Virus record (IMG/VR): IMGVR_UViG_3300026382_000007
DNA length: 64,000 nt
Reading direction: 5' to 3' (one strand)
DNA from: a virus
Taxonomy: Duplodnaviria; Heunggongvirae; Uroviricota; Caudoviricetes
The notes below the pieces were generated by a model. The model worked only from the letters and a program-made list of their open reading frames with translations. It was not told where the DNA came from and searched no databases. Below are positions 20,404-30,357 of this stretch, piece after piece. Made by a program: the position numbers and the translations under genes. Each line of letters opens with the position of its first letter. Position 1 is the stretch's first letter.

Positions 20404-22587
20404 ATGGCATATATTTACGACAAGGCTTATGCGTCTGATGACGATGATGTTTCATCACACACCGGAGTTTTACCCAAATATGATGTTGGAGATATGCTAG
20501 TTTGGATTGTGCATAAAGATAGTGCGACAGGTACGCATTTAACGGTGCCAGATGGTTGGACACAAGGATATGCTGACTCTATGCAAAATGAGATATTAAT
20601 ATGCTACAAAGTTGCTGAAGACGACGAAACTGCTCCCAGTACTTCGAGCTCAGATACGGATGCATTCCAGTCCACATTAATTTCTGCGAAAGCTTGTAGT
20701 GGTGTAGGAACTATTTTTAGTGTCAAGGATTCTGATGGAATCCCGGAAACTGTTCATAGTTTCAACCAGGACTCGGATTCTTCGATTGGTGGGGTTTCGA
20801 TCGTTTTTGCGTCGTGGAGTTCAACTGGGGGTGGGACTATTTCGCCTTTTGGATTCAACCTCATAAACGAAGAAAGTACGAGTGCCGCAATGACCATTAA
20901 TGCATTTCCAATAAACGATTTATCAGATACACCTGATATACACTTTCAACACTCGGCTAGTAGATCATATGGATTTTTCCAATTCGAGTTATTGGACGAT
21001 GGTGATGGGTTCCAAGGCGGAAGTGTGACAAATTCAATTAATATGATTGAAAATTGTATAGATGGTCCACTAAACTCAACTACTGGCGATATTTCAATTA
21101 ATACTATAAATGGTATAACTGTTGATAACACAGATACTGTTATTCAGGATGGATATACAGATAAGGGTGTCAGCTACATTCAAAAGGCTGTGTATGTTAA
21201 AGTTACAAAGGGAAATTTCTTTTCTGGTGTAGAGCTGACTTTTAATGAAGTCCAAGATTTTCAAACAGATAACCCACTTTTCTTATTCAATGTTTATACT
21301 GATAGACCGAAATATAAGCCTCCTATTGGTAACGGTGATATGGGTGTTTTCGTGTATCTAATGGATACATCTGGTAATTATAAAGTATGGAATATAGATG
21401 CTGCGGATGCTGCGGTCAAAATTATATCTCAAGATAGAAGTTTTGTACTAGATCTTCAGAGCACTACATACATGGACTCTTCCGGAACTCTCGATCTTTT
21501 AAATATAGAGAAAGTCGGGTTCGGTCAAAACACTAGAAGTATCAATGCTTCATACTTTGATGTTTCTAGAATGTACCTTATTACATCTTCTGTTTTTTAT
21601 GGTGGGTCTGTTAATATCCCGTCTAAGATAGATGATCTTTTAAAATTTCAAACTGGGGCTATAATGAATGTTTTCCTAAAACAAGGTAAAAACATTCTTT
21701 CTCATATTCCGCTTGATTTTGGTGGCGGTAAATATATACATTTTGACGATAAAGATATTTCCATTTCATTCCCGAAACCATATGATTTGGATACAAGAAA
21801 CTTGAACTTTCACTGTAGAGATAATGTAATGGGAATTAGATTTGATATGACTGATACATCAGTTGTTAATATTCACAACTTTGTAATCTCTGGCGAACTT
21901 AAGTTTTTCTTTATTGGGGAAACTCTTTCGGGCGATATACAAATTACGAGTTCAACTCTAGCTAACATTGGAGATAATAATTTGTCTTCTAATATGAGTT
22001 TTAATGGATGTAAATTTGTTGGGTGTGACCCGATAAATTCTGACGGTTCAACAATTTCGTCAACAGAATTTATTAATACAACTTTAAATCCTTCTGACTT
22101 TTCAAAATGTTCTTCTTTAACATTCAGTTCATATGATGGAAAAGAAGCTGTTTTTATAGATGCAAGTATAACTGGATCTGTAGACTTTCTAGATCTAGTC
22201 TTTGATGGTTCCGGTGATGATGTTTATTGGGGTGGAACTTCAGGCACTTTAACTGTGAACTTGTTCGGAACTTCGAATGCATCGTCATTCAGTAGTGCCG
22301 GAGGAGATGTGGTTTTTGTGAAGACTCATACTCTTTCTATTCCTGGTCTAGAAGACGGTTCTGAAGTTAGGGTTTATAAAAAGTCAGATATGACTGAAAT
22401 TATGGGGGAAGAGAGTACGACAAATGGATTTTCACAAACTTTTAACTACACATCAGATGTGGATGTAGTTATTACGATCGTTTCCCTCGGCTTCATTAAT
22501 CAGAGATTTGAGTACACATTGACTGATAGTGACTCTTCAATCCCTATAAAACAGATTGTGGACAGAACTTATCTCAATCCAGAATAA
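20404..22587 (+). CDS. large tail-spike/fibre-like structural protein
   Basis: ATG 20404 has RBS aggag; track ORF starts 20176 but that overlaps the upstream gene. Confidence 0.4.
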   Translation: MAYIYDKAYASDDDDVSSHTGVLPKYDVGDMLVWIVHKDSATGTHLTVPDGWTQGYADSMQNEILICYKVAEDDETAPSTSSSDTDAFQSTLISAKACSGVGTIFSVKDSDGIPETVHSFNQDSDSSIGGVSIVFASWSSTGGGTISPFGFNLINEESTSAAMTINAFPINDLSDTPDIHFQHSASRSYGFFQFELLDDGDGFQGGSVTNSINMIENCIDGPLNSTTGDISINTINGITVDNTDTVIQDGYTDKGVSYIQKAVYVKVTKGNFFSGVELTFNEVQDFQTDNPLFLFNVYTDRPKYKPPIGNGDMGVFVYLMDTSGNYKVWNIDAADAAVKIISQDRSFVLDLQSTTYMDSSGTLDLLNIEKVGFGQNTRSINASYFDVSRMYLITSSVFYGGSVNIPSKIDDLLKFQTGAIMNVFLKQGKNILSHIPLDFGGGKYIHFDDKDISISFPKPYDLDTRNLNFHCRDNVMGIRFDMTDTSVVNIHNFVISGELKFFFIGETLSGDIQITSSTLANIGDNNLSSNMSFNGCKFVGCDPINSDGSTISSTEFINTTLNPSDFSKCSSLTFSSYDGKEAVFIDASITGSVDFLDLVFDGSGDDVYWGGTSGTLTVNLFGTSNASSFSSAGGDVVFVKTHTLSIPGLEDGSEVRVYKKSDMTEIMGEESTTNGFSQTFNYTSDVDVVITIVSLGFINQRFEYTLTDSDSSIPIKQIVDRTYLNPE

Positions 22588-22622
22588 ATTAATTAAATAA
22601 TGTTAAACAATAGGAGAATTGG

Positions 22623-23102
22623 ATGAAATACAAAGTAATGAGTGACACGAGTAATCAGTTTGAAGGAATTGAGATTGATTATGTGATCGATGACACTACG
22701 ATTGACAGAGAGTTGAAGTTTCTAGGCGAAGACTACACACTTCAACAAAATGGAAAAATACTTGTTCTTGGAAACAAAGACAGAGTTATAACAATTATGG
22801 ATGTGACACCACCCAAGGTAGATGAAAAACCTACTTTGAAAGTGAACGAAACATTTGAGATCTTTTTTGGTACAAAAGAAATTGCTGTAAGTGTTGACTG
22901 TACATATGAGGAGTTATACAGAGCAGTTGAGGCTGAGTGGAAAGTTGGTGGTTCTCTTATGCGAGAACCACTACCACTTGATTACACTGAAAGATTTTCT
23001 CAACTGACATTCCTCAATGATTGGAATTTCGCAGAGGGATCACTTAAACACATGAAAAAAGGCTCTTATGCAAGAAAAAATGCACAAGGTCGTAACCAAT
23101 AG
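22623..23102 (+). CDS. hypothetical protein
   Basis: 159-aa ORF, RBS ataggagaattggATG. Confidence 0.4.
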   Translation: MKYKVMSDTSNQFEGIEIDYVIDDTTIDRELKFLGEDYTLQQNGKILVLGNKDRVITIMDVTPPKVDEKPTLKVNETFEIFFGTKEIAVSVDCTYEELYRAVEAEWKVGGSLMREPLPLDYTERFSQLTFLNDWNFAEGSLKHMKKGSYARKNAQGRNQ

Positions 23103-23110
23103 GAGAATAT

Positions 23111-23770
23111 ATGTCTAAAGTAACTTTTGATGGTGCAAGTCGCACAATTATCGTTAATCAAGGTGAAAGTGTCATCAATGTTCAAATAGACATATATTCT
23201 GAGTGGAAAAGATGGATCCGCGAGGGTTCAAATTCTATGTACCCTCAAGCCTTGAGAACATTCGGTGGTGATGCAACGGTTGGCGGTCAAACTGCTCCGA
23301 GGTATTTCTTCCTTGTGAATAATTGGCATGTAGTGGTTGATGGGCAATATGTTCAATTTGCAACTAACTTGTATTCAGATGATGGCGAAAGCCCTTTCAT
23401 CTTACAAAATGGTGCGGAAACACTGAACAAGGTATCTGATGCTCCTTCAATCTTAGTTGATGGGACTGGATCACTCACACCAGAGGAGCATGATGCTCTT
23501 ATGGAAATTAGTTCTGATATAATTTTAGCATCCGATGTCATCCTTGATGAAATAGCTTCTGGAAAGACAGATACTTTACAAGCTATTCTTTCAGGTAAAA
23601 ATGATGTTCTAAGTGCGATCAACTCTTCTAAAGATGAGGTTATAGCTAAAATCACTTCAGAGAAAGACAGTCTTAATGATAGATTAATTATCATGCAAAC
23701 TGAACTATCCGACAAGTTGAATATAATAGCAGATTTATCCGTGAATTATAAATATAAGGCATTCTTGTAA
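23111..23770 (+). CDS. hypothetical protein (beta-rich N-domain, coiled-coil C-term)
   Basis: 219-aa ORF, RBS aataggagaatatATG. Confidence 0.4.
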   Translation: MSKVTFDGASRTIIVNQGESVINVQIDIYSEWKRWIREGSNSMYPQALRTFGGDATVGGQTAPRYFFLVNNWHVVVDGQYVQFATNLYSDDGESPFILQNGAETLNKVSDAPSILVDGTGSLTPEEHDALMEISSDIILASDVILDEIASGKTDTLQAILSGKNDVLSAINSSKDEVIAKITSEKDSLNDRLIIMQTELSDKLNIIADLSVNYKYKAFL

Positions 23771-24435
23771 TGCAACACAGTCAACTTAGGAGACTGGGTG
23801 AATCTGTAAAGTTATTCGCTCATAAGAATCCAGCAACCGTAGAGAAGACTCTCTCCGTGTTAAAACTTCGTGGTGGTGTTATCACTAACATAACTCCAGT
23901 TTATGCCGTGAGTGATCTGAACACGGGCTATTTTAGCACTGAATTAACATGTCCGTCGGAGGACTGTTACTTGCTGGTTCTGTTCTGTGGGAGTCCAGTT
24001 GTTTTAAGAGTCGGAGACCCTGATATTGAATTTATATTCTGGGCTGACGAGGGTATGGAAATTCCATACACGAGATATGATGAATTTGGTACACTAATGA
24101 ATAGCGGTGAACTTGATGAACTCCAGGATGGTTGGTATCACAGAGGCCCACTTGACACAGTTCTTGGGTACATCGAAGTCTTTGGTTCTCCTTACATTAT
24201 CAGTGTTCCTTATTGTGATGGTTCTATACGAGTCACGATTCAGGTCGTTTGGTCGACAAGGGTACATAAGAGAAAGTTTGGAGTCGGAACTAAGAAGTTG
24301 ATCTTTAAGAGTAATTTAAGAAGTCAACTATCGTTTAAATCTCTAAGTGTTTATAAAAAATTTAATTATCTATTATATACATCGACTTTTAAAGAAAAAA
24401 CTCTTACACAGAGATTTACAAAACAATGTTCTTAG
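23770..24435 (+). CDS. hypothetical protein
   Basis: 221-aa ORF, start overlaps upstream stop. Confidence 0.35.
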   Translation: MQHSQLRRLGESVKLFAHKNPATVEKTLSVLKLRGGVITNITPVYAVSDLNTGYFSTELTCPSEDCYLLVLFCGSPVVLRVGDPDIEFIFWADEGMEIPYTRYDEFGTLMNSGELDELQDGWYHRGPLDTVLGYIEVFGSPYIISVPYCDGSIRVTIQVVWSTRVHKRKFGVGTKKLIFKSNLRSQLSFKSLSVYKKFNYLLYTSTFKEKTLTQRFTKQCS

Positions 24436-24444
24436 GAGGAACTT

Positions 24445-24807
24445 ATGGGATACACATATAAATCATTGATATCAGATGGTGAATTGGTTCAAGGGAGTTC
24501 TTCTGACATAACTTTGTTTAATACAGACATGGCTGAAGATTTAAGTGTTGGATGGGAAGCGAGATACACAATCCGTGAGAAATTTGACACACCAGTAATT
24601 ATTGAGAGGGTTCTTCCGCTTAATGAAGAGATGGATGGGGTTCCAGCAAATAGTGCATTCGTGCACCAGATTATCCCAAACGAATCACAGCTTCTTACAA
24701 GCGGTAAGAAATACATCGTAACGATCCAGATCAAAAACGATACTATGCCGTACAGTGAAGAGGTTGCTCAATTTAAGCTGAAGATTCTTCCGCAAGGGGT
24801 GAACTAA
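24445..24807 (+). CDS. hypothetical protein
   Basis: 120 aa; RBS taggaggaacttATG. Confidence 0.4.
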   Translation: MGYTYKSLISDGELVQGSSSDITLFNTDMAEDLSVGWEARYTIREKFDTPVIIERVLPLNEEMDGVPANSAFVHQIIPNESQLLTSGKKYIVTIQIKNDTMPYSEEVAQFKLKILPQGVN

Positions 24808-25169
24808 TGCCAAAAGTCGAACCGAAAAAAAGCTTCTTTACGAAGTCACTGGAAAGCGGGAAGCTACTTGCAAGCACTATTATGGTGTTTTCTGCATTGT
24901 TAGTGGGCACTTGGGGAATTGTATCATCTGTGTTTATAACTAGAGCACAGGCATACGAGAAGATAGAAAAGTTGGATGTTGAGAGTTCTTATAATAAGGC
25001 ATTCCGCATTGACTCTATGATCACTCGTTATGAGCAGATACAAAAGAGACGGGAACTTACACAAGAAGAAAAGAGAGCACTGGCTCGTCTTAAAAGGGAC
25101 TTAAAGCGGACTGATCTACACATCGACTTTCTTGAAAAGAGAGTTTATGGGCAAGATACCGTTAAATAA
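24807..25169 (+). CDS. membrane-anchored coiled-coil protein
   Basis: N-terminal TM helix then charged coiled-coil. Confidence 0.4.
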   Translation: MPKVEPKKSFFTKSLESGKLLASTIMVFSALLVGTWGIVSSVFITRAQAYEKIEKLDVESSYNKAFRIDSMITRYEQIQKRRELTQEEKRALARLKRDLKRTDLHIDFLEKRVYGQDTVK

Positions 25170-25171
25170 GT

Positions 25172-25205
25172 CAATATACTATATTATACCGTAATGTAGC
25201 TTAAA
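25172..25205 (-). promoter_or_regulatory. copy of conserved promoter core in reverse orientation (minus strand)
   Basis: plus-strand atactatattataccgtaatgtagctt = reverse complement of aagctacattacggTATAATatagtat; no minus-strand gene downstream. Confidence 0.4.
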
Positions 25206-25216
25206 AGGAGCTTAAT

Positions 25217-25582
25217 TTGAGTAGGTTTACAAAACCTCTTATTGTTGAATATATTGATGGGAAAGATTGGAAGCTTCATGAAGCATTTAATTTTTACCTT
25301 GAGGGAAATCCTCATGAAATCATAACTGTTCCGAGAGGATATGTAACTGACTTTGCTTCAGTTCCAAATGTCCTAAGAATGTTCGCCAAAGATATTGAGT
25401 TATTCAATAAGGCGGCAATTCTACATGATTTCCTTTATGATGGTGAGACAAGATTCACCAGGAAAGAAAGTGACCAAATTTATCGTGATGGGATGAGAGT
25501 ATTTGGGGTCTCTGACTTTAGATCTACTATTTTTTATAAAATGTGCCGTTTATTCGGCAAATCAAGATGGGGAGGTCAATAA
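25217..25582 (+). CDS. DUF1353-family protein
   Basis: VPRGYVTDFASVP..HDFLY motif typical of DUF1353; TTG start after RBS aaaaggag. Confidence 0.5.
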   Translation: MSRFTKPLIVEYIDGKDWKLHEAFNFYLEGNPHEIITVPRGYVTDFASVPNVLRMFAKDIELFNKAAILHDFLYDGETRFTRKESDQIYRDGMRVFGVSDFRSTIFYKMCRLFGKSRWGGQ

Positions 25583-25800
25583 TGGCTACTAAGAAACAAA
25601 AAGAAGAAACTCGTAGAAAAATGATGTGGGTTGCATTATTCGCAATCGTTGCTGTAATGTTTGGAATTTTAGGACTTGTGTTCGTTGGGAAGCCAGTGGC
25701 TGATCTAGGTTTAATCGCTGGAGCATTCTTCACCTCATTAGCTGGTGTAAACGGGGCTTCATTATTTAGCAAGCCATCTACTGGTGCTGACGATGTTTAG
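25582..25800 (+). CDS. holin-like small membrane protein
   Basis: 72 aa, two predicted TM helices, charged N-term; RBS gggaggtcaataATG; precedes spanins. Confidence 0.45.
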   Translation: MATKKQKEETRRKMMWVALFAIVAVMFGILGLVFVGKPVADLGLIAGAFFTSLAGVNGASLFSKPSTGADDV

Positions 25801-26104
25801 TGTTATCACTGGAAACTTCAAACTTTATGGACTTATCGCACTTGGTGTGATTATCGCTGGGTTCTTAGTTGTATTCAAAATGCGAGGTATGAAAATCGCT
25901 GGTCTTCAAGAAAAACTTAAAGATGCAGAAGCACATATCAAAGTAGCGGTTGAAACTCAACGAAGGGCAAAAGTGGCAAGAGTCGCTGAAAAAGAGATTG
26001 AAAATGTTATTCTGGGAGCTGAGTCTAAAAAAGGTAAAGCAGAAATGGATGTTTCAAAGATTATGGAACAGTCAACAATAGAAAAGGTGTCGACGGGACT
26101 ATGA
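25793..26104 (+). CDS. i-spanin-like protein (N-terminal TM + coiled-coil)
   Basis: TM helix GLIALGVIIAGFLVVF then coiled-coil; 3' end overlaps o-spanin start (ATGA). Confidence 0.5.
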   Translation: MFSVITGNFKLYGLIALGVIIAGFLVVFKMRGMKIAGLQEKLKDAEAHIKVAVETQRRAKVARVAEKEIENVILGAESKKGKAEMDVSKIMEQSTIEKVSTGL

Positions 26105-26442
26105 AAAAGTTAATAATGTTTGTAATTTCAATTGTTATGGTGGTTGTTTTCGGTGGTTGTACTCGTACAGTTTATGTGTATCCAGAGCAAAACTTCCCGG
26201 AACTCCATGCACCGAAAAAGGTAGTGAGTGGATATGATTCTTATATCTGGCAAAAGTGCCTTTTTATCAACGATCACAACACTTCGCTGTGTAATGACGA
26301 CTTAAATAAAGTTATGACGACTGTAAAAAAGTTAAGAATTAATGAAGAGACATGCTCTAATGTGGTTGATGTTTATAATGATTATGTAAAAATTGAAAAA
26401 TCACAAACTAGAAAAGAGGATGATTATTCTTTCTGGTTTTAA
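26101..26442 (+). CDS. o-spanin-like outer-membrane lipoprotein
   Basis: lipobox VVFGGC after signal peptide; overlapping arrangement with i-spanin. Confidence 0.55.
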   Translation: MKKLIMFVISIVMVVVFGGCTRTVYVYPEQNFPELHAPKKVVSGYDSYIWQKCLFINDHNTSLCNDDLNKVMTTVKKLRINEETCSNVVDVYNDYVKIEKSQTRKEDDYSFWF

Positions 26443-26454
26443 AAGGAAGAAAAA

Positions 26455-26928
26455 GTGGAAGCATTCTTTGCCAAAATATCAAATTTATTAATCGCTTCCG
26501 GAACTGCTGGCTCATGGGCAGTCGCTGTAGTCTTACTTATCGTATATGGGTGGTTTAAGTATATAAAACCATTTTTAGACGATTGGGACTTGATTCGCTC
26601 GGTTGTTATGAAGAATCAAGACAGATACGAAGTATTAACAACCGCTGCAGAGGGGGTTGAGAGGTCAATAGTTGATTTCAATACTCACTCCGAAGAACGA
26701 CATAAATCGTTAAGAGAAATGTTACAGGACCGAGAAAACGAAATTCTTGCTCAGTTACACCGTGACATGACAAGTTTATTTGAAAAAGTAAAAGATCTAA
26801 ATGCCGATGTTGAGAAACATAGCGATGTCGATACCCGACGAATGAATGAGTTAATGGTAGAACTCACAAAAATTAATCTAAGATTGGAAATGTCTAACTC
26901 TGTAGGGCAATTAAGGGGAATGAAATGA
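26455..26928 (+). CDS. membrane protein with coiled-coil
   Basis: N-terminal TM segment. Confidence 0.35.
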   Translation: MEAFFAKISNLLIASGTAGSWAVAVVLLIVYGWFKYIKPFLDDWDLIRSVVMKNQDRYEVLTTAAEGVERSIVDFNTHSEERHKSLREMLQDRENEILAQLHRDMTSLFEKVKDLNADVEKHSDVDTRRMNELMVELTKINLRLEMSNSVGQLRGMK

Positions 26929-27677
26929 GAAAAAATGACAGATGTAGTCTGTACTTCCATCCACGGAAGTTCATAGAAAACAACATCAAATATAGAATTT
27001 CATCAGGTGCTTCCATTGCGAAGTACAAGCACTCACAAGCATTTCTTTTGACTGAACTGTCATTCAATCCTTATCATGAATTCAGTCGTATTGCTAAAGA
27101 AATTCTGCTTCTGAAATATGATGTTTGGTTTGACTTCTTATGCGAGGTCGAACAGTTCTTATTAGTGAATTCCAATAAATATATTGATGAAGGGTGTGTC
27201 AGACAGATTATCGATATGTCTGACGAGAGAGTTGCCTATTATGAAGAAACGATGGGTGATAATCCCGATGTCTTCTCAGAAGATTATCTCGCAACTTGGA
27301 AACAAGTGCACGAAATGAGCTACAATCTCCTAAAGGAAAATATACGAGAATTAAAAGATTTAAATGCATCAGAGTTTTTTGATGGTATGACAGAAAAATT
27401 GATTAATACGATGAACCATACCTTATATGAACTTCATGAGTGTGATGTAGTTTTCTTTTCAGACGGTATTTTAGAATTCAATTTGGATTCTGTATGTTGT
27501 ACTTATCACGACAAGTTTGGTGAAAGTCTCATAGTAAATAAGTATGATATCTACACAAAGGTGAGAGCAACGGACTTAATCCTAATTAAGCAATATTCCG
27601 ATGTGAATATTCCGTTTAATCAAACCCCGTTAAAGAGAATATTAGAAGAAAAACAAATAAAATATAAAGTGGTGTAA
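26925..27677 (+). CDS. hypothetical protein
   Basis: 250-aa ORF overlapping upstream stop. Confidence 0.35.
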   Translation: MRKNDRCSLYFHPRKFIENNIKYRISSGASIAKYKHSQAFLLTELSFNPYHEFSRIAKEILLLKYDVWFDFLCEVEQFLLVNSNKYIDEGCVRQIIDMSDERVAYYEETMGDNPDVFSEDYLATWKQVHEMSYNLLKENIRELKDLNASEFFDGMTEKLINTMNHTLYELHECDVVFFSDGILEFNLDSVCCTYHDKFGESLIVNKYDIYTKVRATDLILIKQYSDVNIPFNQTPLKRILEEKQIKYKVV

Positions 27678-27679
27678 TA

Positions 27680-28216
27680 ATGGCGAATTTTGAAAAGATT
27701 TTCAAAGAACAAGCAATCCTCGATCTGGGGATTACAGAAAAAGAGAGATATGGATTCTCTGAAACCATGGCGAATGATCACGGTTACGATGGGGATTTTA
27801 GTGAGTTTTCTTTAGAAGATGCTAAAAAGCTCTATAAGGCTGTTTTTTGGGATCCTTATAATTTCAGTGACATACAAAATTCTAAAATGGCGATGGAACT
27901 TTTTGAGTTTACACGACATTCTAGGTCGGGTGAATTTTCAGTGAGAATTCTACAACGAAGTTTTAATGTATTGAACAAAAACATCCTTCTAGAAGAAGAT
28001 GGTGTACTTGGTGAAGAAACAAGAACTGCGGTGAATGCCTACAAATTCTACAAAAGTCTTTTTAAGACTATGAACATTCTACAAGGAATGTTCTACATCT
28101 ACGAAGCTGAGGGTGATATGGTTGGTGGGGACTCAATGAGAGTTCACTCAATCACAACTTCTTGTAATGTAGATAAGAACTTTGTTCGTAATTGGATTGA
28201 TAAAATCGTAAAATAG
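27680..28216 (+). CDS. hypothetical protein with PG_binding_3-like motif (DGVLGEETRTAVNAY)
   Basis: D-G-x-x-G-x-x-T-x-x-A motif resembling peptidoglycan-binding domains. Confidence 0.3.
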   Translation: MANFEKIFKEQAILDLGITEKERYGFSETMANDHGYDGDFSEFSLEDAKKLYKAVFWDPYNFSDIQNSKMAMELFEFTRHSRSGEFSVRILQRSFNVLNKNILLEEDGVLGEETRTAVNAYKFYKSLFKTMNILQGMFYIYEAEGDMVGGDSMRVHSITTSCNVDKNFVRNWIDKIVK

Positions 28217-28224
28217 GAGATCAA

Positions 28225-28335
28225 ATGTCTGTAATTGAAATAAAAGAAGCTATTCGTGTTGCTGAATCAACTGGTGACAAAGCTACTGTCGAAAGTTTGA
28301 AAGCTGAACTTTCAAGTATGTCTATAAACGGTTAA
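28225..28335 (+). CDS. small protein (36 aa), below the ORF-track cutoff
   Basis: RBS aataggagatcaaATG; MSVIEIKEAIRVAESTGDKATVESLKAELSSMSING. Confidence 0.3.
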   Translation: MSVIEIKEAIRVAESTGDKATVESLKAELSSMSING

Positions 28336-28344
28336 GGAATTAAT

Positions 28345-28650
28345 ATGTCTATCTATGAAAATAATGGGGGTCGTAAGACTCCGGGACAACAATTGAAAGC
28401 ACTGAAAGAATCTAAGAAAACTTCAGTCAAAACATCAAATAAAACAAAATCAGCTGATACTAAATATATCAGAAATGATAAAGACCTTACAGCTATTGTG
28501 AAGGAATTTGACAAATCTATTGGTGGTGTAAAAGAGATTTTATATGACCATAAAAAAGTTGAAATTGGTTTATTACTTCGGTCTGGTGAACCTTACTTCT
28601 TCACTGAAAAACAATCAAAGCTTTTTTCGAAGCATCTCAAAGGAGTCTAA
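28345..28650 (+). CDS. hypothetical basic protein
   Basis: 101-aa ORF. Confidence 0.35.
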   Translation: MSIYENNGGRKTPGQQLKALKESKKTSVKTSNKTKSADTKYIRNDKDLTAIVKEFDKSIGGVKEILYDHKKVEIGLLLRSGEPYFFTEKQSKLFSKHLKGV

Positions 28651-29268
28651 ATGGATTTATCTAAGGCTCTGACGGGACTCCCGACTTCCCACTTATCAGT
28701 TAATGAGATGATCGATTTGACATCTACACCTTTTTTTACGAAGTCTATTGGTGAAAGAACCAAAGATCTTGGTGATGTGAAATATGTAGGGTTCAAATAT
28801 GTATTCCATAGAGACACAGATAAGAAATTGGTAACTTATGTGAATTTATACTTCTATATGAAAGGTTCAAATACAGCTTCGAATAAGCAAGGTAAAAAGG
28901 TTAAGAAGTCAAGAGAGAATTATCTTCTTGTAGCGAAATTCCCATATACACTTCATATTAAGAATATGAAGCGGTTATATGATTTGCCGATGCAAATATT
29001 CAGTTCTGACCCATCATTTAAGTATTATTTTGCATATGCTTTAAACAAGCTTAATGCGGTCGTGACGGACGATAAAGCTCTGGTGTCCCATTTGGGTGTC
29101 TCTTTGACTTCTAAGCCGTCTAAGACTAATCCTGACATGCAGATACAGCTTACTAAGCACTTTTTCAAGTTTTTCAAGTTCATAGCGAATAAAAAGCCTA
29201 AAGATTATCTTGCGAAGAAATATATGATCCCTATGAATACACGAGTCAAGGTGTTAAATTCTAATTAA
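28651..29268 (+). CDS. hypothetical protein
   Basis: 205-aa ORF, ATG adjacent to upstream stop. Confidence 0.35.
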   Translation: MDLSKALTGLPTSHLSVNEMIDLTSTPFFTKSIGERTKDLGDVKYVGFKYVFHRDTDKKLVTYVNLYFYMKGSNTASNKQGKKVKKSRENYLLVAKFPYTLHIKNMKRLYDLPMQIFSSDPSFKYYFAYALNKLNAVVTDDKALVSHLGVSLTSKPSKTNPDMQIQLTKHFFKFFKFIANKKPKDYLAKKYMIPMNTRVKVLNSN

Positions 29269-29287
29269 ATACAACTAAGGGGTCTAA

Positions 29288-29785
29288 ATGAAAATAGAGC
29301 AAATGAATGCTAAACAACTCGTGGAATATCGTGAGTCAATGGCAATAGGTCGTGACATGATTTGCCCGATATGTAAAAATAAACGAGAGATGAAAGAGTT
29401 CACGGTCGATCACCAACACAAAACTCAATCTGAGACAAATGGTGTAAACGGAGCAGGAATGGTTCGTGGTGTGATTTGCTTTAAATGTAATTCAACAGAG
29501 GGTCGTTTCCTAAGTGCTTACAAGCGAAGTGGTCTGAGACATGAGGCTGATTATACAGACTTTTTGAGAACACTCGCTGATTACTTAGATCAGGAAAATA
29601 CTCACTGGATACACCCAAGTGAAAAGGTCAAAGAGCCTAAATTGAAAAAGCGACCTTTCAACAAGATTGCAAAACTCTATGCTATTGAATTCCCTAAAAA
29701 GAAAGCACTTGAGTTTCCAAAATCTGGGAAAGCGACAAAACAAATTAAGGAACTAAGTGAGAAATACGAAGTTTCTTTAGTTTAA
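29288..29785 (+). CDS. endonuclease VII (Holliday-junction resolvase, T4 gp49-like)
   Basis: CPICKN..VDHQHKT..GMVRGVICFKCNSTEG..RSGL matches T4 endo VII LDHDH..KVRGLLCNLCNAAEG..RSGL. Confidence 0.8.
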   Translation: MKIEQMNAKQLVEYRESMAIGRDMICPICKNKREMKEFTVDHQHKTQSETNGVNGAGMVRGVICFKCNSTEGRFLSAYKRSGLRHEADYTDFLRTLADYLDQENTHWIHPSEKVKEPKLKKRPFNKIAKLYAIEFPKKKALEFPKSGKATKQIKELSEKYEVSLV

Positions 29786-29825
29786 GCTTACTTTAAGGAA
29801 CATTACGGTATAATACCATAAATAA
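29782..29825 (+). promoter_or_regulatory. promoter variant upstream of gp55-like gene
   Basis: tttaagcttactttaaggaacattacggTATAATaccat; -10 29809-29814. Confidence 0.45.
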
Positions 29826-29841
29826 TGTAATAGAGGTAAAA

Positions 29842-30327
29842 ATGGCTAAGAAGAAAACACCCAAAAAGGGCGAGGAGAATTTCTACTGTGATGATTATGA
29901 TCTAACAGCACTGATTCTTAAAGAGCAAGCAGAGTTTAGAGCTGGAGATAGAAAATCAGCTTCCAATGATCTAGGGGAACAATTCCTGAAGATCCGTGAG
30001 CATGTATTAACACTTCGTAACTTCTCAGGCTACAGCCGGAATTACAAAGATGAATTCCGCTCAAAGGCAAACGAGCTTTTTGCGAAGCACTGGTATAAAT
30101 TTGACCCAGTTCGTGCTCGCTTGAACTTCACACAACGGAACGGTGAACTGTTCTATAAAGAAGATGTTCATGAACTTCGTGGTGGATTCGGGTGGTTTAG
30201 TCTATTTTGTAAGACTGCTGCTATTGATGAGATTAAGAGATTTAAAAACATCAGAGAAAAACAACAAAAGATCATCGATGAGAAAAACGGTGATCTCAGA
30301 AACATGGACTCATTTATGTACAAATAG
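29842..30327 (+). CDS. gp55-like late-transcription sigma factor (tentative)
   Basis: LRNFSGYSRNYKDE resembles T4 gp55 RFNFSGYTQSWKQE as recalled from memory; size 161 aa. Confidence 0.45.
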   Translation: MAKKKTPKKGEENFYCDDYDLTALILKEQAEFRAGDRKSASNDLGEQFLKIREHVLTLRNFSGYSRNYKDEFRSKANELFAKHWYKFDPVRARLNFTQRNGELFYKEDVHELRGGFGWFSLFCKTAAIDEIKRFKNIREKQQKIIDEKNGDLRNMDSFMYK

Positions 30328-30357
30328 TCCTTAAATATAAGTCTAAAAGGATTTTAC

